In this document: positions 22,796 through 38,453 of the stretch, in pieces | How the letters are laid out: each line of letters opens with the position of its first letter | Position numbering within the stretch: position 1 is the first letter of the stretch | Source: Chrysomallon squamiferum | Lineage: Eukaryota > Animalia > Mollusca | Reading direction: 5' to 3' | Length of the DNA: 64,000 nt | NCBI GenBank assembly: GCA_012295275.1 | Contig: CM022674.1 | Coordinates: forward strand, 3,968,001-4,032,000 | Translations under genes and position numbers: made by a program | Notes under the pieces: model-generated | The model's database searches: none | Seen by the model: only the letters and a program-made list of their open reading frames with translations | What the model was told of the DNA's origin: nothing

Positions 22796-24763
22796 ATGGA
22801 TTGTGTTCGATTGGTTTTCTTGCTGTCTGCTGTGACTTTCTGTGTAACAAGTTCGCGAAAATCGGGCATACCTTTGATTGGAGACGCTATTGAACGCAAA
22901 CAAAGCCGAACACCAGGTAGGTGAAATGAATTAGTATAATATATATATATGTATCTATTTACACCTGCACCGAGCTTGTTTATATATCTCACCAGAAGAT
23001 TTACATACCTGTATTTCTATTGGCTTCTCTTTTCTTTTTTTTAAAACTCTTTTATTTATTTTTATATTTAACTTTTTTTTATTTTTTTTTTTCTTGTTCT
23101 ATGGTTGTATTCAGCGGATTTACATGCCTGTAGTTTTGTTTCATATTTGTTTATTTTTTATTTTATTTTTATTTAATTTTTTATATTTATTATATATATA
23201 TATATATATATAAGAAATGTTTATTTATTCTTCTGAATTTTTATTTTTTCTTCTTTCTCTTCCTCTTTGCCATAGTCTTTTTTATACTGTAGGAATATAT
23301 TTTATCTGAAATAAGAAGACCAAAAAAAATAAATAAAAAAATTTAACAATGTAAATTTTACATATTTAAAAAAAAAATTATCGTTAGGTATTAATTTACA
23401 TTTTAAACAGAATTTTTTTTGGTATTATTCTCATTTTTATTATAATATATTTTCAAATTTATATACGTATACGCTTACTGCAACGAATATATTTAATAAT
23501 TTTTTTTTTTTTTTTTTTACTTCATTTTTTAAGTGCGTGGTGTTATTTTATTGCTTAATCTTCATTGTTATTTATAAATTAATTATTATCAGTGATTTAT
23601 AATTTTGTTTGAAACATTCCTGTAAGGTTACAAGTAACATTTAATAATTAATAATATTTATCTCGAAAGTTAATTTATATTTATAATTTCTTTTAATTTC
23701 ACGGAGAATATATATATATATATAAAACAGAAAGACAAAAATGGACGAGATAAATACATATAAATTTGTATATATGTATACTGCTTTACATACTAGAAAT
23801 TATTTATAGAAATTTATATATATATAAATACAAAAATAAAGAATTTCTAATAGTTACTGAAATTTATTAAAGCTTAGTTGTAAACAACAGTTATACAAAA
23901 TAATAAGAAACCGTAGCAACAACATTAGTCTTATCATTATTACTGAATTGTGTGCAACTGTTTCATATCGTTTTATTTTTAAAAATAACTATTAAACTAA
24001 ACTGTAATTTTTTTCGAAAGATTTATTCGGTAAATACTTTTATTAAAACAAAATATCATTCATTGTTTTATATATATAACTATATATTATTTTTCTCTAA
24101 GTTTTCTCAACTGTTATCTGCACTGTTAAAATCTAGGATTGTCGATAACTAGTTTAAAACATTCTTATAGTAGCGGATGGAAAATAAACAAGTGTCTACA
24201 TCTGGAGCATTCCAAACTTATACACACACACATAAATAAAATACAGACGTAGTGGTTAGAGAGGATGTACAATAAACAGGACGCAGAATTTTATATTTTA
24301 ATTAAATTTGTTAATGATTAAATTGATGGAGATATGATAACATCACAAAGACATGAGTATGTTTAATGTTAATGACAGTAATAGTGTGGTAATATTTTTC
24401 TAACACAATATGTCAACATATTTTTAAATAAAGATTTTATTATTTTTTTATTTTTAGGATGTTGGTTGGGTGGAACTTTCTATCACCTAGAACAAAGATG
24501 GAGTCCTAAACTATTACCGTACGGAACGATGCACTGCGTAAAATGCCAGTGTATTCCAGTAAGTACCAGTCATTCAAAATAATATTTAAAAAACGTAAAT
24601 AAATAAATAAACAGTATTTTTCTTCGTTTTTCTTGCTGCTTTTTTTTTTTCTGTTTATTTATTTACTTATTTACTATTCTTGTTCTCTCTCTCTCTCTCA
24701 TTTTCTTTTTTTAAATAATTTTATTTTTATTTATCAATTTCCATTCGATGTATTTATCGATCG

Positions 24764-24808
<45 letters not shown>

Positions 24809-25221
24809 GGTCGATAAATATAACTTTAGCCCTTTCTAAACGCATTTGGTTTACCTGTTTTTATTACCATGAAGATAAATATATAACGCTAGGCCCTAAC
24901 TAATATTTATGTTTACCTTATTCGTAATCGGACAACTATGCTAGTACTGCGATAGTTTCTAATTATCAACCGTAACATCGACGATATAAACATAACCACT
25001 CTAGACTTTACAAACCCGACAGGGCAAATTTGATACAAGCCTCAAAGTATTTCATTACATCCCAGAATATTTTGCAAATACCTCACATGTACCCATAACA
25101 CCTCGGGTGTGAATTAGGTCGGGGACGATCTACGAATTGCGAAAGGGGTAGGAACAACCGTCCTCTGCGTGTGGTCTTAAAGGGACTTTGTATGAAGTGT
25201 TGTAACATAACGGTGTGCAGT

Positions 25222-25285
<64 letters not shown>

Positions 25286-25989
25286 TTCATGAATATGATT
25301 TATTACACGTGGCCTATAATTATAATATTAAACCGCTTGGTTTTATAATCACATGACTTCGTACGACCTTTAGTAGATGTAAACAGCAGTAGTAGTAGTA
25401 CCACCATATAATCATAATTATGAAATAAAAATGTCTAAAGCTGTAATCATCAGTATTTTTCATTTCTTAAATCATCATCATCATCATCTCCGTCGTTACT
25501 CACAACAAAAAAAAAAAAATCCGATTCTGTACTCAACGCACTTTTATGTAATTTAATTTACTTTTAATTCGCTGACGTGTAGCAGACGACGAATTAATCA
25601 GACGTTGTAATCCCGCGCTTTTCCGTCAGCGCAGATCCTACTAAATTTGTCTTATCGGCTGCTTTTTGAGTAATTGCATTTCAACTACAACCCGGCGAAG
25701 TGATGGCCGGCCGATAAGAGCGTCTTGTGTGTATATTATCAACACGGAGGTGTGAAACTGACTGCGGAATGGAGCGGTTAGGGATTATTGTCTTTGTTGA
25801 TGCGGGAAAGGCATATTACTTCGTTTTCAAAAGGTCTGGCGCGCTTGACAAAGTGTCGCTCCTCTCGTAAACGCTCGTAATCTATGCGGATTAGCCTGTT
25901 GCCGAAGTTTGACTCCGTTCATGAGTTTACTATGACAACCTACATATTTTTCAAATGCTAGGGGGCTGGTTAAGATATTGACTCATTTC

Positions 25990-26038
<49 letters not shown>

Positions 26039-29000
26039 AAATTTCTCGTTATATGTCAGAAATTTGTTACCCTAACACACGTTGGTGGCGTGTGCAATAT
26101 GGCGGGTAGGTGCGAAACAGCGGTTGTAAATTTCAGCAGTCTGCATTCTTTTGTTCTTGTTTTTTTTGTTTTGTTTTTTCTTTTTCTGTAAGTCTACCGT
26201 TTTGTATGAACGTCGTTTAACTTCAAAGAAAGCGATAATTATAACGAAACGAAAAGCATTATTTTCGCTCATACCATTCAAATGAACTTTTCCTATTCTT
26301 TGAAACATTACTGTCTTTCTACATTTTTCTTTGTTTCTGTTTTACTGCTTTTCTTCATCATTCTATCTCTGTCTCTCTTTTCCCCACCTCCCCACACTAA
26401 TAACACTAACTATAATCAAATTATTAATAATAAATAATTTTCAAATTTTTAAAATTATTTCTGATAAATAAAATCGAAAATGATCTTTATTTTATATTTT
26501 ATTTAAATCCATGGTTATATTATACAACAAAATTTCTCCTTTAATATCTAAATTTAGAAATGTTATATTCAATAACTTACCAATTTACACTCATATATAT
26601 ATATATATAAGGAAGTACGCAAAAGTAACAAATCAATAAATTACCAATTTACTCTCATACATAAAAAAGCAAGTAAACAAAAGTAACAAATTTAGATTTT
26701 GTTCTACAAAACGTTGTTGTTCTTGTATAATGCAATAAATTACACTGGTGAAGCGATACATTTAAGTATTTAAAAGTACAATTTCCAAGTGTGTGCGTGA
26801 CTTATCTATTCATTTTAAATAACTCAAGCACTGTAAGTACTTTTTTGTCATTCAGTATAATATATATCTAATGTAGAATGAGTTCACACCAGAAGCACTA
26901 ATAATAATAATAATAATCAACGATTATAATGATTATTTTAAATAATACTGATAAAATACATTTACATTCATTTTGATACTTATTTATCTGTTTTACAATT
27001 ATCATCATCATCATCAGTATCATCACCATCACTACCACCATCATCATCATTATCATCTATTTTTATTATTTAATATTATCATTTATAATTATGTAATATC
27101 ATAAACACCAATACTACTGGTATCGTTGTCTATTTAAAATATTAAGCCGGTGAAAAATGCTGGTTATGATGATCATGTTGTAAGTATACCGGATTTAAAT
27201 GCATTACGATATAAAATAACACGAAAATGGCGTTTTTTGCTATTTCAGCAATGCCATAAATTATCTGTTAAAACCAGATTTATTTTATTGTGCGATTGTT
27301 CTCAATATCACATTTCAATTAAAAAAAAATTAGACTTGTCCTTACACCTTTAATATCGAACTAATGGAATTTTTTTTTATTATTATTATTTTATTATTTA
27401 ATTCCACTTTTGACAAGAAAATTGCTTGAAAGACAAGAAAGAAAAAAAAAAAAACCGAAATGAAAGAATTGTATTTAAAACTATAAATATCATTTTATTT
27501 ATTTATTTATTTTTTACCGATTTTTGTATTATATTAGTTATTTTAAATAAGTAAGGAAGTAAATAAGAGAATAAGAAAATAAGAAAATAAGAAAATAAGA
27601 AAAGAAAGTAAATAAGTAAATAAGAAAAGGAAGTAAATAAATAAATAGGAAAATCAGAAACTAAATAAATAAATAAATATTTGAAAACATTAAAGAAAAG
27701 CACTCACAGAGAGATTTTCAGTGCACCTTTTGTTTAACTTTAAGTAAAAAAAAAAAAAAAAAAAAAAAAATCTCATCCAATTTGCCTTTATCGTATTTAT
27801 CAACCATTTATTATGGTTAGCACGTGTGAACGAAGCCCGCACGTTTCTGATGAACTCACGTGCAGTGAGCCGAGGGTTTTTTTTGAAAAAAAGTTTTAGC
27901 TACTTAAAGACATGTTTACTGCGCCGTTAAGATAATCTGCGTTTATATCGCAATAAGTCACAAGTTACGATGTGTTAATTAATTTGAATATATTGCCAAT
28001 TTGTCTGTCTGTGCCATCCACCAAGTACCAGATCTGGTGAATTTAATCTTGTTTGGGTTCGAATTTATTTTTTTATTTTTTTTGTGTGTGTGTTTTTAGT
28101 TTGTTTTCAAGGAAATTTCTAATTAAGCAGACGACTGTCGATAATGAAAAAAAAAAAAAAAAAAAATATTTGATATTATTTTATTTAACCGAATGTTCAA
28201 ATTATCGACGGACCTTTTAAATAGCTACAAACAAATAAATAAATAATGTATAATATATTTTTTTTTTTTTATTATTAATTTCAGATTGAAAAGAAAGGAA
28301 TTCTACTTCATCGTGGTCAGATAATTTGTAAAAATATCAAACTCGACTGCCCCAAACCGGAATGTGAAAACGCCGTTTTGTTACCAGGGAAATGCTGCAA
28401 GACTTGCCCAAATCAAAGTAAGTGGTCTGTCTCTCTGTCTGTCTGTCTGTGCGTGTGTATGTCTTGTTTTTCTTCCGAATGTTCAAATCATCAACTTCTC
28501 TTTAAGTGTCAGTTCATCTCTGTATAACTTTAAATAATATTTCGAATTTTAAAAATTTTCTGTCCCTGGTTATTGTTTAAACTATTCAGAAATCAACTAG
28601 TTTACAACAAAAACAACTAATTTACTATTACTAATTTTACTTATGCTGTGATTGCTATTACTAGTTCTACTACCATTACTTGAGGTACGCTTACAACTTA
28701 CATTATTACTATTACTAACTTAGGTCACTACTACTACAACTTCTAATAATAATAATAATGATAAAAATAATGAAAAATATGATACATTATTATCATGAGG
28801 TAGATTATATGATATTTAAATTAATATCTAAATATAACAGATGAAAGTATATCCTGATAATGATATAATGTTATAATAATTTTAACAGTCAGTGAGTCAC
28901 ATACAATTAAGTTACGTCAAACAAACGTATAATACGTTCAATAAAGGATATATATATATATATAAAAAAAATCCCAGTAATAATATAAGGACCACCCACT

Positions 29001-29784
29001 AACGCCTCATTAAAAACAGGTTTTAATGTTACACAGGGTACTTGCCACCCAGATGGGTGAAAAGCCGATACCACTTCAATCTACTTCAGGCCGCCATCTT
29101 TTGTTAGTCCCGCACAAAATGAGCGCGTCATCAAAGATGGCGTTGTTTGCTTATCCGTTCGGCTAAAAAACCGACACCCCGAAATTGTATCGTTTAAGCC
29201 TGTAAAAAAGCACTCGAAAAAAATCTTGTGTGAAAAGGATAGAAAGAGCTTTAATCCAATGGCCCATTGAGATTTCTTTTCTTTTCTTTTTCGTTTTTCT
29301 TTCTTTTTTTTTTTTTTTTTTTATGTTTCCAGTGAAAGCGAAGTGTCTTTCTGCTTTTGAATGAAAATGAATGAATAACATATTCAGCGAGAATAGGAGC
29401 TATAACGACTGTTGACATATTCAAGTTTGCAGTCTTACATAACATTTCTCAATGAAAGCGTTTCTTATATCTAACAGTGAAATGAAAAGAAAAGCTGGAA
29501 ATTAGCCAGATCTGGATCTGGAATTTTTTTTTTTTTTTTTTTAGGAATTTTTTTTTTTTTTTGCCCTGACTATAAATGAGGTCCGCCATACTTGTACGGT
29601 TATTTTCGGTATTATCGTTGATAACCCGTACACAAAATTAGTTACGTTGCACCTGTTGGTTACACAAATACCGTAATTGTTCTTTATAATGATCCTGCAG
29701 TAAATATTATACACCTACTAATTAATATCTAATAAGTAAATTAATTAATTAAATAATAATAATAATAATAATTATTATTATTAT

Positions 29785-29831
<47 letters not shown>

Positions 29832-30460
29832 TCTTTATTACTGTACATTAATTAATTTTGATGTTGTTGTCATATTACACACTAAAAATAAGCACATAAA
29901 ACGATAATATATAAAAATACACACACATAAACGTATTTTTCCAAATATGTGTGCCAAACATTGTTTCAGAGCTATGAAGAAAAGTTTTGTGATACACACG
30001 GAACATTTTCAAACGATATCGTACGAAAAGTCACCCACTGCGAAAGTGGCGCCAAATCGACCAAAATATTTACGGTTGATCATGTGATTGGCTCACATGA
30101 CACGCTAACTATGCTATTATTAAATAGTTCTGCTGATACTAGCCAACAAAGTTTGGGAAAGATGGAACCGTTCGGAAGTTATATTATTATCATCACCGTC
30201 GTCCTTTTTTGTTATCTAAAGTGATATCGCGCGCTGTGGGACTGGTGGCGCCCCCCCTGGGCGATTTCGAATAACGTTTCGTTGAGATGAATATTTGTTT
30301 ATATTGTTTATGAATGAATTGTTGATAATTTTAATAAAGAGATCGTGAGATTTGAAACAAAAAAAAAAAAAAAAACTTAAAAAAAAAAAGAAATTCTTTT
30401 ATTTTCGTTTCAGCTTTGAAATATTCTATATTTTAGAATTCGTTGTTGTTGTTGTTTTTG

Positions 30461-30531
<71 letters not shown>

Positions 30532-30672
30532 TCAGTGAACAATTTTGAAGATAATTTTTCTTTTGGTTCGGAGAAAACTAAAGATTCTTCCATTAGCGGA
30601 GACCAGTATAAACAGAATGGAAAATCTGGTATTTATATTTTTTTCTTATATAGCTGTGCGTACGTGTCTGTG

Positions 30673-30703
<31 letters not shown>

Positions 30704-33280
30704 ATATTGTTTCTTTCTTTCATAAGTTTCTCTTTTTCTAAATTAATTTATTTCAGTGGCTGTATGTACTTTTTTTTTTGATCAGATAATGATATTAGAT
30801 CATTAACTTAATTACATTTCATTTTTAGAATTCACCGCTTTACTCGTTGGCAAGAATGTCCGGAAACAGGCCGTGAACACCCGGTCCGTGGCCGTGGTCC
30901 GGATCACAGTCGAAAACCGAGAAATGACGTATGCTGTGAGATACACTCGGTAATCTACTGCTTTAATAAAATTGTATTTGTTTATGTATTTATTATTCAT
31001 TCATTCATTATCATTATCATTATCATTGTTTTATTTATTTATTTATTTATTTAATTATTTATTATCTTTATTGTATTGTTTTACCGTTGTTGTTTTTTTT
31101 TTTTTTGTATTTTATTTTTATTTATTTATTTACTTATTCATTTATTCATTAACATTAACATTGTTTTATTTATTTATTTATTTATTTACTTATTCATTCA
31201 TATTCATTATCATTATCATTGATTTATATATTTATTTATTTACAAAGCCTTTCCATCTATTCTTTCTATTTTTTTTTCTTTCATTGTTTATTTCTAACGC
31301 TTAATTACGACACGGAAAGATTTAGTATGTGTGCTGTTGTCATTACTGTTATTTTTATTATTACAGTTTGGACCACCCAAAGTTTCTTCAGATTACTGAC
31401 GCTAACGGAAACATTCTGGTTGAAAGTGCCATTGTCAAAAAAAGATCTGGAGACAAAAAGGTCAGTAATCCTCAGTGAATGACAGATCCTTGGATCGAAT
31501 CCCAGCTAGTGATAATACTCAGAATTAATTGAAAAGACCACTACATACTTTTTTTTTTTATGACAATACAAAGTTAATCGGTTCTTGAAAAATTTCATTA
31601 CTAATAATATTTATTATCAAAGGCAGACAACCACGAAGGCTAGATTAAGTAACTAGGACTTCGTTCATGAACCTTCAGTGAATATAAACTATTAAATAAA
31701 TAATAACATTTTTTTTATTATTATTATTATTATTTTTCATTTCCTAATATATAAAAATTAAGTGTTTGTTATTCTTAATGTATTTAATTCATGTATTTAA
31801 TTCATTATTTTATTTTTATTATATATTTTAGATGTGTGGGGTGTGGAAAAAGGTACCATCAGTTTATCTACAATATTTTCGTGAAAAGAGGCTCTTTGCG
31901 GTAATCACCACGTCCCGTCATCCCAAAGGACTTGTTGCTGGCCGGTGGTACCTAATGCCAATGCTAACAGAGGTATTATAATTAATTTATAAATAAATAA
32001 AATAATAAATAAATAAATAAATGAAGAAATAAAGAAATCGATAAAGATATAAAAATTAATATAATTATTATTATTATTATTACTATTATGAATGCTGAGA
32101 CAAAAAATTTGATAACGACCTAACCTGTATTTTAAGGAGCAAACATTGTATTGTAATGACGTTATTTCCATTATGACATCATACCCTAGCAACGTAATCC
32201 GTTGAACGCCTTGACGCAAAATTGAATTCCACTAACAAACAACAAAATAATACATTCCAAGCCCAGCACTTGAACGCAAATAATACACACCACAATAAAA
32301 TCTTCTTAATGAATATTGCCCCATTCATTTCTCTACATTCCTAACTGCCCGGCCTTTGAAAACATTCCCGTGACATTCCCGCGCTTTATTGACTTTTGCT
32401 GTTTAGCTCGGTCGTTCACGTCTGCTCAAACATCTTTAGACACTTGGGTTGGAATTTCTTGACAGAAATAATTACAGCATCTCAAATATCGTCATTTAGC
32501 GATTCGTATGCAGGATTAGCGGCGTATCGGTTGTTCAGTTTGTCTAAATAAATATTCATACCTACGTTTTCCTCATAAATTATTCGCTATTGTTCGACAT
32601 TCCTTTCTAATTCAAAATTTTGGGATTGACCCGGTCGAGAACTCTTCACGCCGACACTTATATATAACGGACAGAAAGTTAATTTATTTATATTATTCGC
32701 TTTTTTTTTTTTCTTCTTTTTTTTTTATTGTTATTATTTATTTTTACAGAAACCTTCGGATCGGTCCTCCATTCCAAAAAAGCTGAAGGGATTGGAGGAG
32801 TGGCCTCCCTTGAATACGATCCTACTACACGCGTTGTGAATTATGCCGTTGTTTTCGATGGTGTTTTCAATCCGAAACGTAAGTTATAATCCTAATTATT
32901 ATAGTTATAATGTTATTTGAATCTTTACTTTATTCTTTTCTTTCTTTTTTTTTAAAGATTTTTCCCCGTTTCCTTACATTTATTGTAATTATTTTTGGAC
33001 ATACATTACACTGTTAACTAATCTTTGCAGATTTCAATGGAGAATACTATGTTACAATTGAGCGCAACACGAAAATTGTACACCAGTCTAGGGGCAAAAT
33101 ATCTCGCCAGGTAATATTATTAAAACTATTGTATCAAGTTATGTAAATCACTGTAACCATTAAGTAATTAATTATTTATTTATTAACAAAAATAAAACAG
33201 TATATTTATAGACGAAAAAAAAAAGTATACTAAAGAAATTTACTATAACTGTATTATGAAAAGTGTATTTTAACAAATCA

Positions 33281-33321
<41 letters not shown>

Positions 33322-36300
33322 TAATAAGAAAAACTGCTAAATATTACTGCCTGAAAATTGTCATTACTTATTCTTCAATATCATAATTGAATTTTAAATA
33401 ATTAATTAATTATTTTATATTTAGACCAATCAGATCTCTGGATTTTGGAAGCTCAGCAGAAAGCGGGAAGCTAAATACCTTGCACGTGGCCGTCTGCTCA
33501 TACGTCTGACGTCACGAAATGGAGCGACAATTAGCGGAGAACTAAAGCCAAGATTAACATGTGGAGGTAATACATTTTATTTTTCTCTATATTTTTTTTT
33601 TTTTTTGCTAGCTTGCTATTTCAAAATCAGTACCTGCCTCTTCATTTTTGTAATCACCATTGTTATAGATTCAAATCATTTCATTTTTAGTTAATATTTA
33701 TATATATGTATATCATTTCACATCTGGCTAATATGACTTTTTAATTTCTTTCATTGACCTTCTTTCGATGCGAATAGTAACTAAAGCAAAACATTAAAAA
33801 TTAATTCGACACATACAAAAGCAATGACATAAAATATGTGTATCAATTATAATTATAATTAATCCATTATCTATCATTTCCCAGTGTTCCAAGCGCTTCT
33901 TTCTGGCTCTGAAGCTCTCGAAGCTTCCAGAACGTCTGCTGCAGGATCTGTTGTCATGGAACTGGGAGACAAAGGCGGTCTTAACTATAACATCCGGGTC
34001 ACAGGTCTGAAGGATGACGTCACTAGCATCAGAATTGAAAGTTCCGCAGGCAAGAAAAACAGAAGAAAACTCATCGGAAATGTTCACAAAAATTTCGTGA
34101 AGGATTTTGGATCCTACTCCGGCTGGGTGAGTTTTTAATTCCCCCTCCCCCCGTTTCTTCTCTTCTGTTTGCTTTTGTTACTATTTATTGTCAAGAATTG
34201 TAATGGTATTTATTGTCATTGTTATTAATTATTCTTCAAACAATATAATGATTTGGTAAAGCAGTTATCAATAATAGATAATCCTGGAAAAACATTTTTG
34301 CTGATATCATATGATTTTTTTGTTTGGGTTTGTTTCATACAATACTGTTCTATCAATTATAAACGACTAATTATTATGAACTCGGTTACCTGAAACTATT
34401 TGTTTATTATTACAATTTTATCTTATTACACATTCACGCAGAGTTATAGAGGGCTATATCTTTATTTTATGGATAAATATTGTATTACTATAATAATATA
34501 TATACAATTACAGAGTAATGGAACATTCAAGAAAGTGAAGGCAGAAGATATAATTATGCTCTTGAATAATCAGCTGTTCATCAACGTGGCTACGACCAAT
34601 CACAGAACGAGTGAGTTGAGAGGGCGTGTCGTCGAAGTGCCATATCAGGAAAATAACGATGCTGGTGGGTTTTCCCGTTATTATGTAATGTAATCGGAGG
34701 TGCTTAAAGATGAAAGCCACGCTTATGTGCATTCAGAATATTTCTTCTTTCTTTTTTTTTTGCAGTTTCTTTGACATATAATTTTTATTTTATTTTAATT
34801 ATTATTTTTTATTTTATTTTATTTTATTTTATTTTATTGTTTTTGTTGTTGTTGTTGTTACATGGAGCTTTTCTTTATAATTTGTATTAATAAGCTACAA
34901 ATGTTTTAATTATTAAACATTTTATTTTCTTACAGCTTTCCCCATTACCTTGTCTCCATTTACCCCCAAAAGCCGAGGTGCTGCCGCGCATGCGTGGTTG
35001 TCGATGGAAGTTGGATGCCGTCTGCATTATGAGATATTCGTTTCCGGATTCCAGAATAATATCAGTCCGTTCAGCATTCTACTTGGTAGCCATAGCAACC
35101 GTCTAGAAGGATCCGCCATTTTGGGGTCGGAAGAGGGTTTGGGACAGACGACAGTTTTTGAAATGAAGAAGGTAAGCTGAAAATTTATTAATTAATTAAT
35201 TGATTTATTTATTTAAGTATTTGTTCATTTAATCTTTTCGATAATAAATTTAAGAAAACATACCAAAATGGCATAACGAAATTATTTCTACCTAATGAAT
35301 ATTAATCATCGTTATTACACTGTTAATGCATATTTATATAGTAATTAACATAATTTATTATTCAGGCCTCGGGAACAGTGAATGACGTTCCTGACGACTT
35401 ACTTCGTGATCTCGACCAGGGAAAGGCTTATCTCCAAGTCAACATGGGAAGCAGCGGTGACGCAGTTCTTGTTGCTAACGTAAGACTATCTTTGTATATG
35501 ACGTCATTTCATAATTTTTATTAATTATTTTAAAAATTGTTATTAGTATTATTATTTTAACAGCTAGATCGTACATTTTTTGTAGATGACGTCATTTCAT
35601 AACTACCATTAATTAATTTTCATTTTTAAATGATTATTATTATTATTATTATTATTACCTATTATCTATTAATGGATCGACGATAATAATAGTCATTTTG
35701 ATAACCATTATTAATAACATCTTTGTAAACATAATTTAAAATTAGTTGTGTATGTTTTTCTTTGTATTTTATCTTACACAATAAAATTTTCTTCGTCTTA
35801 TAATAACATATATTATGTATAAACAAGTACATTTCAAACCTTGAGACAGAAATGTATCAACATATTTTTCTTATACTGTATATTTTTATTATTTGTAAAA
35901 TATTTATTATTATTATTATTACTATTACTATTATTACTATTATTACTATTATTACTATTACTATAACTATTATTATTATTATTATTATTGTTATTATTAT
36001 TATTATTATTAACTGCAGGTGAGCGTGCCCAATACGTGTTGGGAATATTCCAATGACGTCGACACCGACATCCTTGTCGATGAACAGGGCGTGGTCGACC
36101 CGTCCCTCAAGACTCGCTGTTACTACGAGGGCAGGTACTACGATGATTTGGATCACTGGCTTCCTGTTGAAAACTCCACGTGCAACACGTGCAGTTGTGT
36201 GGTAAGTGTTTATTAAAATTAATATATCACTGTTTAGTATAAAAGAATTATTTTATATGGCATAAATAATATATATATTTTTTTTTATTTAATTAATTAA

Positions 36301-37010
36301 TTTAAATAAATAAATTGTCAAATTCCAAGATATTAAAAGGCTTGTTAACATTTTCGTCTTTTAATTTTTTTTTATATTTTTTTTTTATCACAGAAACGTT
36401 ATGAATTATGCATAAAAGCAATAAAAATAATATCTTCTGGGTTTCTTCTCTTAAAATCTGTCTGTCTGTCTATCTGTCTATACATGCATTCTGCAACAAA
36501 TTCATCTATCTAATTATATACAAAGCACTTTACAATCCAATGTCGGACAACATGTAACAAAATGGTCACTAAAAAAAAAAAAAAAAAAAAAAAAATAGCG
36601 ATGACTAAAAATATTCCTCAGTTCAACCACGTTAATGACGTTCATGTCCCATTTTTTTCAGAAAGGAACAGTTAACTGTCATCGTCTGCCTTGTCCAGTT
36701 CTGTCCTGTCTCAGTCCGGTCATCAAGGACGGCGTCTGCTGTCCAACTTGCCCGGATGAAGGTGAACGGTACTGTAAGCTGGAGGGAGATCTCCGCAGAC
36801 ACCCAGTCGGACGAACCTGGCACCCGTTTCTTCCACAGATCGGATTTTCAAAATGTGTCATGTGCGAATGCAAGGTATTTATTTATTCTTCAGTTTCCTT
36901 CTCCTCGTTTTTTGTTGTTGTTTTTTTGTTTTTTTTTCTGCTTAAAATTTATATGTAAGTGTTATTTTATATATATATTTTTTTATTATTATTAAATTTT
37001 TTTTTTTTTA

Positions 37011-37073
<63 letters not shown>

Positions 37074-37109
37074 GTTATTGTTATTGTTATTATGATTATT
37101 TTATGATTA

Positions 37110-37140
<31 letters not shown>

Positions 37141-38414
37141 TTTATTTGTTTACTTATTTACTTATTTATTTAAATATTTATTTATTTACTTATATTACAT
37201 ATTCACATAATTATGAAAATACAAAACATGAATGTATAATATTTTATAAAGAACATGTCTGTGTATACGTTTTTCTGTTAAAATTTGCTATTCGTATCTT
37301 TATACATTATTTGACTATGAAATAATAATTTAATGAGCAAATTCTAATACTATTTTCGTTTCATTTCAGCCCGGAGCTATCCCAGAATGCAATAGACTTC
37401 CGTGTCCTAAACTGACCTGTCTAGCAATGCAAAGAGTCAGACGTCAACCTGATGATTGTTGTCAAATTTGTGACCGTGAGTTTTTAATTTTTATTTTATT
37501 TTATTATTATTATTAAATTTGTTTATTTGTATAATATATTAAACTGGTATTTAAGAATTCAGTTTATATTATTACTGTGTAAATATGTTTAAGAATCGAT
37601 TTAAAACACGGATGATTATATGTATGTATGTATATATATTTCTTGTGAAACATTTCTGATTTTCTTTAATATGAACATACATTTATTTCGCTTAATATTA
37701 ATTCATTTATTGAATTATTCAATTGCTAGCTTACAATACAACACAGTAATAGATCTAAATTTAATAATATTTATTCATTTATTGAATTATTCAACTGCTA
37801 GCTTACAATGCAACACAGTAACAGATCTAAATTTATTTCGTTATTTCATTTTAGTTACCATTGTGCCAGAACCGGAAGTAAAACTGCTCAAGGACATTGA
37901 CATGGTTGGCGCGTGCACGTTCATGGAGCGTGTGTTTCCTAACGGAGCAAGATGGCACCCAACAGTTGCTCCATTCGGTCAAATGAAATGTGTGAACTGT
38001 CGTTGTAGTGTAAGTATTATTTACCTCTGTGTAAAAAGCAACAGCTCTGTATAAATATATTATAATAATTAATATTAAATATATTATAATAATTAATGTT
38101 AAATATATTGTAATAATAATTATTAAATACATTATAATAATTAATGTTAAATATATTATAATAATTAATATTAAATATATTATAATAAATGGTATTTTCA
38201 ACAACATTTTTGACTATATTTATTATATATTTACAGAAAAATATATGATTCTGATCTAATTGTAGCTGTTAGTCGTGTAAAGAACAATTAAAATTTACAT
38301 CTAAATCACTTTGGTTTTATCGTAATTTATTATGCCTTTTGTTAACAATTATGTTAATATATAAAATTACTCAAAAACGGTTATAGTATTATCTTGAATA
38401 ATTTAAGATTTTCA

Positions 38415-38453
<39 letters not shown>

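Noticed and set aside
29949-30224. 91-aa ORF in chordin intron 3 as an extra exon
   Set aside because: Exons 3 and 4 already join in phase; no chordin-like content and no convincing donor site.
38053-38190. Regularly spaced ~27-bp AT-rich repeats (CRISPR-like periodicity)
   Set aside because: Simple intronic minisatellite without unique spacers, in a eukaryotic context.
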